Shown here piece after piece: positions 37,076 through 45,800 of a stretch of DNA of 64,000 nucleotides (positions within the stretch are counted from its first letter, which is position 1; each line of letters opens with the position of its first letter). The notes beneath the pieces were generated by a model, which saw only the letters and a list, made by a program, of their open reading frames with translations, was not told the DNA's origin and searched no databases. The DNA is taken from assembly GCA_040755295.1 (NCBI GenBank), contig JBFMBK010000007.1:35932-99931 (forward strand). The letters run 5' to 3'. The position numbers and the translations under genes are program-made. The DNA is from Bacillota bacterium (GTDB lineage: Bacteria; Bacillota; Desulfotomaculia; Desulfotomaculales; Ammonificaceae).

Positions 37076-37107
37076 CAGGTGCCGTCACGAATTCGTGAAG
37101 GGGTCAG

Positions 37108-37953
37108 GTGGCAGTTATGTATTGGCGAATATCAGGCCGGAATGCGGTCTTTATTGTGGCTTTTTCCCAGTTGGTGCTGCTGTTTGTGGCTTATTACGTG
37201 CATTTCCAGGGAAAAGTCGTTTTCTCCCCAGGCCGGCTGGTTGTCCCGGTTGCCTTCGCGGCAAGCATACTGCTCGGTTTATACATCGCCAAGAGAATGG
37301 TTAACCTTTATGAAAAAGATGCTCTACTATCCACCAGAGCCGCTATGGCCGAGAGCTTCACCAGCCTGGCCCAATCGACGTATGCTCAGAACCGGGAGTT
37401 TACACGGCACATAGAGAGGATTTCATCCCTCTGCAGGGAAAACAGAGTTCAGGACCTGTCCGATTACCTCGCAGAAATGTCGGGGAACATCTCCGTGCTT
37501 AACAGCGTGTTGAAGGTGGACAATCCGATAATCGGCGCCCTTTTAAAAGCAAAAGCGACCGAGGCCGATATCAGGCGCATCAAGCTTGAGATCGATGTTT
37601 CAACCTCGCTTGATCATTTAGGGATAAGGGCTCTTGCGGTAGCGCGAATCATCGGCAACCTTATCGACAACGCATTTGATGCGGTTTCCGGTTTACAGGC
37701 GAACAGAAGGGTTGATGTGAGGCTCTACCGGGAAGGACCCCTGCTGCAGATTATGATCAGCAACCAGGGCCCGGCGATAAGTGCGGACGCCGCAAACCTT
37801 ATTTTCAACCCCGGTCACACCACAAAGGGAGAAGGCCACAGCGGCCTCGGACTGCATATAGTAAAGACCCTTACAGAAGAACTGCTCGGCAAAGTCGATG
37901 TTATTTCGGACGAAGCAAAGGGGACGTGTTTTACAGTGACCCTGCCGGCGTAG
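37108..37953 (+). CDS. GHKL sensor kinase (SpoOB/AgrC-type) with 2 TM helices and an atypical H-box
   Basis: N-box IGNLIDNAFDAV, G1 SNQGPAI, G2 GHSGLGLHIV. The H-box region reads AQNREFTRHIE, with Arg where RHDF-type kinases carry the phospho-His. Confidence 0.8.
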   Translation: MAVMYWRISGRNAVFIVAFSQLVLLFVAYYVHFQGKVVFSPGRLVVPVAFAASILLGLYIAKRMVNLYEKDALLSTRAAMAESFTSLAQSTYAQNREFTRHIERISSLCRENRVQDLSDYLAEMSGNISVLNSVLKVDNPIIGALLKAKATEADIRRIKLEIDVSTSLDHLGIRALAVARIIGNLIDNAFDAVSGLQANRRVDVRLYREGPLLQIMISNQGPAISADAANLIFNPGHTTKGEGHSGLGLHIVKTLTEELLGKVDVISDEAKGTCFTVTLPA

Positions 37954-37965
37954 TTTAGAGGTCGG

Positions 37966-37993
37966 GTGAGATGTGAGAGGTGAGATGTGAGAG
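37966..37993. repeat. perfect tandem 14-mer x2 (gtgagatgtgagag) within a GAGGTCGGG-type repeat
   Basis: Read directly: 37966-37979 is identical to 37980-37993, preceded by gaggtcggg. Confidence 0.8.
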
Positions 37994-38249
37994 GAAACCA
38001 AGAATAACCGCGGCATGTATTATATAACCTTACCGGGTTGAAAAACCAAATCCGTTCCACAAGGAAGTTTATTATTTTCCCCGTTGATGCTTTACGCTTC
38101 TACGCAGTATAATGCGGTTGGAGAAAGGCTGCGGCATAGACGACGAATCGCTGCCGATTGGCTTTCCAGCCGTCGTCTTCATAGATGCTCCTGCCGTTAA
38201 ACCGCTGGAGTAATTACTGTATGTTTTTGTTTTAGGAGGAAAATAGCGC

Positions 38250-39836
38250 ATGAGCATCAGGCATAAAATCCTAGCCGGTTATCTCAGCGTGTTTTTGATA
38301 TTTGTGGTTCTGGGTTTCATGGCGCTGTCAAGCATGCACCGGATGCAACGTTCCTATGACGACCTTATTGTTCACCGGGCCGGTACGGTAAGCAAAACAA
38401 AGAATCTTTTACTGGCGGTTGAATATGAGGCTTTGATGCTGCGAACATACCTCCTGACCGGCAGTCGGGAGTATCAAACCGAATTCCGGCGGCAGGCAGA
38501 CCAGGTGGACCGGCGGCTTGAAGAACTCGAGAAGGATCTGCGAACAAGCGATGAAAAAGCGCTTTTTAAGAATTTAAAACAAACGGTAGACGGTTTCACC
38601 GAGGTATACGCGCAGAGCATCGTTGCGGTGCGCGAGCGTCGGGACCTTACGGACCAGGAAAAGCTGACCGAGGTGGTTCGTCTTACGACGGCCCAGCGGG
38701 GTACGGTTCGCGGCGTAATCGCCCAGGGGCAGGCGTTCATCGACTACCAGCAGCAATTAATGGACGAGAAGGCGAAGAACAACGCCAGGCTGGTGAACAG
38801 AATTACCACCGTCGCCACCGTGCTCGGGCTCTTTTGTCTTCTCCTCGGAATCGCTGCGGCTCTTTATATTTCGAGGATGATCGCCGACCCTGTCCGGCGC
38901 ATTGAAGAGCAGGTGAAGCGTATTGCGGCGGGCGACCTGACGCCGCAGGAACTTGAGGTCGCTTCCAGGGACGAGATAGGGCGTTTAGCTCGATCATTCG
39001 GGGTTATGCTGATGAACCTGCGGCGTCTCACCGGAAGGCTTCAAGCCACAACGGAAGAGATGGGCAATTTTGCCGCCGATTTGCGGGAAAAGGCTCAGGA
39101 AGCAGCGGCAGCGTCCAGCCACACCACAGCCGTTCTCAACCGGGCTCTTTCCGCTATAGAGGATGTATGCAGCCGAGCGCAGAAACTGTCCGGGGTTTCA
39201 GAGCGCACCACGGAACAGTCCGAATACATCCAGGAAACGGCGACCCGCGTTTTAAACCAGATGGAATCGACGGTCCGAATCGCCGCCAGGGCCAGCAAGG
39301 GGGTTCGGGACCTCAGCGCGGCGCTGACGGATGTAAAGCAGATTATCGAGTTCATCTCGCAGTTTGCCGATCAGGCTGACCTCCTGGCCCGGAAGGCGAC
39401 AGACGAACTCACGGTGGAAGGAAACAGCGGTCAGACGCAAGGAGTCTTCGTGGATATGGCGCATGAAATCCGGACGCGCGCGCAGGAAGCCGCCCGCACC
39501 ACCCTTGATGTCGCAGGCCTGATCACGGCGGTACAGGAACATACGCGCGAGGTTATTTCCTCGGTTGACGAGGACTGCCGCCTGGTGGGCGAAGGGCGCA
39601 GCGCTACAAGGAAAGCGACGGAGGCCTTAAGCGGGCTCGTGAAGGAAGTGCGGGAGGTCACCGCGCAAATAAAGGAGACAGCGGAATCCAGCCGTGACTT
39701 CAGCGCCGCGCTTGAAGGTGTAACATCCGCTTCGAAGGCGCAGACGGCGCTGGTGGAAGGGGTCGCAAAGGCCTGCAGCATGCTGGACGACCTGGTCGTC
39801 GAACTGCAAGAGGCGCTGGCTGCGTTGAAGCTTTAG
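38250..39836 (+). CDS. MCP-like transmembrane protein (4HB-type sensor, HAMP, degenerate signalling domain)
   Basis: TM1, a helical periplasmic-type domain, TM2 and HAMP (ADPVRRIEEQVKRIAAGDL..DEIGRLARSFGVMLMNL), then a long coiled coil. The hairpin-tip consensus ([18 protein letters not shown]) is replaced by QADLLARKATDELTVEGNSGQ. Confidence 0.7.
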   Translation: MSIRHKILAGYLSVFLIFVVLGFMALSSMHRMQRSYDDLIVHRAGTVSKTKNLLLAVEYEALMLRTYLLTGSREYQTEFRRQADQVDRRLEELEKDLRTSDEKALFKNLKQTVDGFTEVYAQSIVAVRERRDLTDQEKLTEVVRLTTAQRGTVRGVIAQGQAFIDYQQQLMDEKAKNNARLVNRITTVATVLGLFCLLLGIAAALYISRMIADPVRRIEEQVKRIAAGDLTPQELEVASRDEIGRLARSFGVMLMNLRRLTGRLQATTEEMGNFAADLREKAQEAAAASSHTTAVLNRALSAIEDVCSRAQKLSGVSERTTEQSEYIQETATRVLNQMESTVRIAARASKGVRDLSAALTDVKQIIEFISQFADQADLLARKATDELTVEGNSGQTQGVFVDMAHEIRTRAQEAARTTLDVAGLITAVQEHTREVISSVDEDCRLVGEGRSATRKATEALSGLVKEVREVTAQIKETAESSRDFSAALEGVTSASKAQTALVEGVAKACSMLDDLVVELQEALAALKL

Positions 39837-40164
39837 ACACTTGTTTCTATAAATAAATAGGACCACAGGCTCATAATAAGACCCCTTTCCCGTTCTACTC
39901 TTATGGGCGGGAACCTATTGTTGTTCTGCTTTCCGCTTTACCTCACCCTGATTACAGGTCTTACCTCAGAGAACAGCATCGCCTTTCCATATTTGATTCA
40001 GTTCTGCTGCGGGATTTGTGTTCCGGTAGAAATTACCTTTAAAGACGTCACGTCAATTATCCGAATATTTATAAAGGACTATGTACCGGCGGAATTAGGC
40101 TTGTACCCTCCTTTTACACAATTATTAAAAAACAAGGCTGTAGTCCTGGAAGAAATGAGACCAT

Positions 40165-40199
40165 AGTCCCATGTGTGGGGTGAACGCGGCTGGTATAAT
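40165..40199 (+). promoter_or_regulatory. extended -10 promoter for the surface-protein operon
   Basis: TGgTATAAT at 40191-40199 with a weak -35. The RBS aaaggagg is 8 nt before the ATG at 40233. Confidence 0.5.
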
Positions 40200-40232
40200 A
40201 ATGTCGAAAAATAACGAAAGGAGGCGTTCTTA

Positions 40233-40748
40233 ATGAAGAAAGTAATTGCCATATTCAGCGTCCTGCTCCTTGTCTTAGGTATACCGGCAACAGCCCTTGC
40301 GGCTACGGATACAACCAATGTTACGGGAGACATCGCAGAAACGATTTCCATCAGCACGCCGGCAACGATCGCTCTGGGCGCCCTGACGGTAGCAGCGAAC
40401 AACACGAGCGCCGACCAGACGCTTACCGTTTACGCCAACAACTCGAGCAAGACGGTGTCTCTCACGGTGTGTGACAACAATCAGGTTGCCGACATCGGGA
40501 AAATGGCGTCAGGGGCAAATATTCTGACTGACCCGCTTAACGTAAAAGGCGGGGACGTGGCCGCTTACACCGCCCTGCCCGAAGTCGCAGCCAGTACGAT
40601 CACCTTGGAGAATGCGGGTGCGGTAAACGGCGCCACGGGACAGTACCAGGTTACTGATTTCAGCGTGAGGCAGTACGTGTACTGGAGCGATGAGCAGGCT
40701 GCCGGTTACGCCATCACCCTGCTCTTTACAACCGGTTACACCACTTAA
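40233..40748 (+). CDS. secreted 171-aa protein consisting only of the CTD shared with the three giant proteins
   Basis: Signal peptide MKKVIAIFSVLLLVLGIPATALA/AT. The mature part aligns by eye along its length with the last ~135 aa of the giants (ISISTPATIALGAL~ISIIAPDGVSGWSL; VRQYVYWSDEQAAGYAITLLFTTGYTT~FKQTVGWVDQPLSGGYSYKIVVTFTASVTV). Confidence 0.85.
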   Translation: MKKVIAIFSVLLLVLGIPATALAATDTTNVTGDIAETISISTPATIALGALTVAANNTSADQTLTVYANNSSKTVSLTVCDNNQVADIGKMASGANILTDPLNVKGGDVAAYTALPEVAASTITLENAGAVNGATGQYQVTDFSVRQYVYWSDEQAAGYAITLLFTTGYTT

Positions 40749-41299
40749 CGGTTTGGGGGCGGTTATCGCCCTTCAGGATACCGGGCGTGAGGGCTTGAAG
40801 ACTTAACGGTGCCGGGATGCGCAGAATGCTGACCGGCACCCTCCAATTGGCCTGTAAGGTTCCGTCGGCGGTGGAAACGTTGAGCGCCCCGGCAACATGG
40901 GAACCCCTGCCGTACTCAGGAACATTCACGCGAAGCAGGTGTCTAAGTGATGTGAGGGTTGTTTCGATTAAGCCGGTACAGATAAAGACAGGCGGAACTT
41001 AGAAGATAAAAAGGGAGGTCGTGTGGCAGGGGAGGTGTTTACAATTCCGAGGAAGCGCCCGGACGGTGGGTTCGGTTTCGTTCATTAACTTATGGCCTCT
41101 CCCGCTTTAAACCATTTGATTGTCGCGGAGGGGAATGCCGTGAACGGACAGCCGCCTGGTTATAAGACAAGTCCATGTGCGACAACTTCCGGATTCGAGC
41201 CGAATGCCGGCAGGGTTGTCTTTTGCTTTTTACGGGCGGGTTCTGCATGTCAGACGCAATTATTCTACCATTATCGGGCTTTGGCAAGGGGGTAAAAAG

Positions 41300-42688
41300 T
41301 TGAGAAAGACGTTATCAGGGATTGTCGCTGTTTTGACGTTTATGTTAATTGTCGCCGTCTTTGGGGTTGAACGGGCCGGCGCGGCCTTCAGCGTCGGCGG
41401 CGCCATGGTGGACATGGAGGCTTCTCCCGGAACATATAAACATGTAATGCAGGTAAGCCTGGGACCCGACGACGCCGCCACCGATGTCCAGGTGATACTG
41501 GGGGGCCTCGGCCAGCAGTCCGACGGGGTCGTGAAGGTCCTGTCGCCGGCTGAAGACACCAGCCCTTATTCGGCATGCGGCTTCATCAGTCTGGACCAAA
41601 GCCGGTTTCACGTCGGACCGGACCAAAGCGTTCAGTTCAACGCCTTTATTAACATTCCGGAGAGCGTGGGCGCGGGGGGCAGGTACGCCGCTATCCGGGT
41701 CTGCACCGTTCCCTCGGGCGGGGGTACGCTGCAGGTTGCATCCGGGGTGGACATCCCCGTCAAGCTCACCATTAAAGGAACGAGTCTGACGCATACCGGT
41801 GAGATTAACGGACTCGGCGCCGGACCCGTAACCGTAGGAAAACCGGTAGAGATATCTACAACATTCAGAAACACCGGAAACCACCATTTCAAAATTAAGG
41901 GCTTTGTCACGGTAAGCAACGCCGACGGGCAGACGATCGGCAGCGCATCCATCCCTCTTACGGCTGCCAACGTGATTCCGACCATGTCCCGGCTGCTGAG
42001 ATCGACCGTTACGCCCGTAAGCGTTCTCACTGCAGGTGAATACACGATACATGCCAAGATAATGGCTGAGGACGGCGCCGTGCTGGACGAGGCCGAGACC
42101 AAATTCACCGTGAACCCGGAGGAAGACTTCACAGATATCGCCGGGCACTGGGCTGAGAATGATATTAAAACAATGGCGCGACTGGGCATCGTCAGGGGCA
42201 TGGGGGATAAAAGGTTCAACCCCTCGGGTGCGGTAACACGGGCGCAGTTCGCCGGTTTTCTTATCCGTAGTTTAAACATCCAAGAAACCCGGCCTTCTGA
42301 GGGCTATTTCGAGGATGTACCCTCGGACGCCTGGTACTATGGGGCGGTGGAGACGGCCTACGCCAACGGACTTGCCTTCGGTTACGGAGACGGGACCTTT
42401 AAGCCCGATGCGAACATAACGAGGGAGGAACTTGCGGCGATGGTGGTGAGGGGCCTTAATAAAGGTGGAAAGACAGTGGCCCCGGCGGACCATAAGGTTC
42501 TGTCGCAGTTCGTAGATAAGTGGAAAATAAAACAGTGGGCGCGGGATTCGGCAGCTATCGCCGTCAGGGAAGGCCTCATAAAGGGTCAGGAAGGCAAGCG
42601 GTTTGCGCCGTCTAAAAACGCTACCAGGGCGGAAGCGGTTGTAATGCTGAAGCGGATGCTGGTCAGCCTTGGAAGACTGTCCGGATGA
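41300..42688 (+). CDS. S-layer-homology (3x SLH) anchored protein with two-beta-domain N-terminal region (DUF916/DUF3324-like), paralogue 1
   Basis: TTG at 41300 after aaggggg. Signal peptide LRKTLSGIVAVLTFMLIVAVFGVERAGA/AF. The C-terminal SLH repeats are FTDIAGHWAENDIKTMARLGIVRG.., FEDVPSDAWYYGAVETAYANGLAFGYGDGTFKP.. and ..WARDSAAIAVREGLIKG. It is a paralogue of 48240-49697. Confidence 0.85.
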   Translation: MRKTLSGIVAVLTFMLIVAVFGVERAGAAFSVGGAMVDMEASPGTYKHVMQVSLGPDDAATDVQVILGGLGQQSDGVVKVLSPAEDTSPYSACGFISLDQSRFHVGPDQSVQFNAFINIPESVGAGGRYAAIRVCTVPSGGGTLQVASGVDIPVKLTIKGTSLTHTGEINGLGAGPVTVGKPVEISTTFRNTGNHHFKIKGFVTVSNADGQTIGSASIPLTAANVIPTMSRLLRSTVTPVSVLTAGEYTIHAKIMAEDGAVLDEAETKFTVNPEEDFTDIAGHWAENDIKTMARLGIVRGMGDKRFNPSGAVTRAQFAGFLIRSLNIQETRPSEGYFEDVPSDAWYYGAVETAYANGLAFGYGDGTFKPDANITREELAAMVVRGLNKGGKTVAPADHKVLSQFVDKWKIKQWARDSAAIAVREGLIKGQEGKRFAPSKNATRAEAVVMLKRMLVSLGRLSG

Positions 42689-42827
42689 GTGAGGGGGAAC
42701 CTATAGCTTAAAACGTAGGCAAAGACTGAAGGTCGTGACAGGCGGCGTTGCGGAGCTTTATTACGAGCGAAGCGGCGACGGTCCGAAGGCGAATCGCTCT
42801 GCGAGGAAAAGGACGGAGAAATTACCC

Positions 42828-45800
42828 ATGGTACTCTTGATGCGGCAAAAACCGAAGCATAGAAACCGCTATTTGTTATTGCGGCAAAGTCTGATGACAG
42901 CCGTAATGGTTGCTTGCTGCTTTATCTGCACCGGCACCGCCGCCCTGGCCGCGGGCTGGAGGACCGAGACGGTGGACAGCGGCGGGGTTGTCGGAGAATA
43001 CACGGGCATAGCCGTAGATTCGTCCGCGTACGCGCACATCAGCTATTACGACGGCACCAACACCGACCTGAAGCACGCCTACCAGGACAGCAGCGGCTGG
43101 CACACCGAGTTCGCGCAGGCATCGGCCGCAAACGATATCGGACAATGGACGTCGATAGACCTGGATGGGTCCGATTACCCATACATAAGCCACTACGGCG
43201 CGAGCGGCAACAACCTGAAATATACCTACCAGAACGTTTCGGGCTGGAACAACGAGGGACCGGATTCGACGGGCGACGTGGGCAAGTACACCTCCACAAA
43301 AGTGGATGCGTCGAATTACCCACACGTCAGTTATTACGACGCTACCAACATCTACCTGAAGTACGCTTATAAGGATGCCGGCGGCTGGCACATAGAGACG
43401 GCGGACACCGGTGCGGGGACATGGACTTCCCTGGCGCTCGACTCGTCAGGCTACCCGCACATCAGCTACAAATATTCCGGGACCAGTGATCTGAGGTACG
43501 CCTATAAAGACGCCGGCGGTTGGCACATCGAGAGCGTGGATACCGCGGGCAACACCGGGGGCCACACCGCTATCGTCCTGGACGGCTCGAACTACCCGCA
43601 CATCAGCTATCGCGACATCACCAACGCCAAATTGAAATACGCCTACAAGGACGGTTCGGGCTGGCATATCGAAGACGTGACCGTGGCCGGCAACGATGCA
43701 TGGTATACCTCGATTGCGCTTGATTCGTCGGGTTATCCGCATATCAGTTACTATGACTACGTAAACTTTGACCTCGGTTACGCTTATAAGGACGGCTCGG
43801 GCTGGCACATCAGTACCGTGGACGGCACAGGGGACGTCGGGGCGTACACCGCGATAGCGCTGGTGTCCGATATCCCCCGGATAAGCTACTACGACGGTAC
43901 CAACGGCGACCTGAAGTACGCCTGGTGGGACCCCGATACCGTCGCGCCTACGGTACAGAGCACCGACCCGGTTGATAGCGCTACCGATGTGATCGTCGGG
44001 AAAACAATTACCGTAACCTTCTCTGAGAATATCCAGGCCGGCTCGGCTTACGCGAGCGTAAACATAAAGGACCAGACCGGTGCGGATGTGGCGTTTGCCA
44101 AGAGCATCGCCGGCGATGTCCTCACCATCGACCCGACGAGCAATTTGAGTTATAGCGTGAGTTATACCGTGTATGTGCCCGCGAATTCAATAAAGGACAT
44201 GGGGGACAACGGCCTGGCGGCCGACTGCACGTTCAGTTTTACGACCGAAGCCGACACAACGCCGCCGGCGGTGCAGAGTACGGACCCGGCCAACGGCGCT
44301 GCCGGCGTGGTCGTGGGCAAAACGATCACGGTCACATTCAGTGAAAACATCCAGGCGGGCGACAATTACGCTCAAATCACATTGAAGGATAATAACAACA
44401 ATAATGCCGCTTTCACCAAGAGCATCGCCGACGCGGTGTTGACCATCGATCCGACCGGCGACCTCAACAGCAATTTAACCTACACCGCATCGATTCCCGC
44501 GGGTGCCATCAAAGACTTACTCAACAACGCGACTACAAGCGAATACAGCTTTAGCTTTACCACCGAGAATACGGGTTCCACCGCGACGGTGGACAGCACG
44601 GGCAACGTCGGGCAGTACACATCCATCAAGGTGGACGGGTCAAACAATCCTCGTATCAGTTACTACGACGTCACCAACGCCGACCTGAAGTACGCTTACA
44701 AGGACGGCAGCGGCTGGCACACCGAGACTATAGATAGTACAGGCACTGTGGGTTTGCATACCTCACTTGCCATTGACGCTTCCGGTTACCCCAGGATCAG
44801 TTATTCCGACAATACGAACTATGACCTGAAGTACGCTTACAAAGACGCCGCCGGCTGGCACACGGAAACCGCCGATAGTGGCGGCAGTGTGGGGCAATAC
44901 TCTTCTATTGCTCTTGACGGTTCCGGCTACCCGCATATCAGCTATCATGACTGGATTTTCAACTACGACCTCAAGTACGCTTACAAAGACGCCGGCGGCT
45001 GGCATGCCGAAACGGTGGATGGTGCAGGGAGTACAGGTACATATACCTCCATCGCGCTTAGTGTTTTGAATTACCCTTATATAAGCTACTACGATTACAC
45101 CAACTATGACCTGAAGCTGGCTTACAAGGACGCCGGCGGGTGGCATACCGAGACCGTGGACGGCGCGACCTACATGGTGGGTTCTTATACCTCCATAGCG
45201 CTTAATGGTTCCGGTTATCCGTGCATCAGCTACTATGACGATTCCAACGACGATCTGATGTACGCCTATAAGGACGCCGGCGGCTGGCATACAGAGACCG
45301 TTGACAGCACGGGCAGCGTGGGATCGTATACATCATTGGCCCTCGATACTTCCGGTTACCCGCATATCAGCTATTATGACGGCAGCCCACTCGATTTGAA
45401 ATACGCTTATAAGGACGGCTCCGGGTGGCATCTTCAAACCCTGGACAGTAACGGCACCGTAGGGCAATATACGTCGATAGACATCGACTCATCCAATTAC
45501 GCGCACATCAGCTATTACGACACGACCAACGGTGACCTAAAGTATATCTGGACGGGCGACACCAGTGCGCCGACGGTGAGCAGCACGGGCCCGGCATCCG
45601 GCGCGACCGGCGTACTCGTCGGTCAGACAATTACCGTCAATTTCAGCGAAAACGTGCAGACCGGGGACAATTACGCAAGCATCAACCTGAAGGATGAATC
45701 CGGCAATGACGTGGCCTTTGTCAAAAGCATCAACGGTGCGGCGCTTACGATCGACCCGACCAGCAACCTTGATTACAGCGTAACCTACACGGTCTACGTC

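Noticed and set aside
39938-39968. Direct repeat TTACCTCA-N15-TTACCTCA upstream of the surface operon, considered as a LytTR binding site.
   Set aside because: It is a single 8-mer pair with a 23-nt period lying ~230 nt upstream of the predicted promoter. It is not statistically compelling and has no second occurrence at the other operon promoters.
41177-41299. Upstream extension of SLH gene 1, and similarly 42735-42827 for giant 1 and 56790-56879 for giant 3.
   Set aside because: The extensions precede the obvious signal peptides and lack an RBS. Internal starts give canonical n-h-c signal peptides. The starts remain uncertain by up to ~30 codons.
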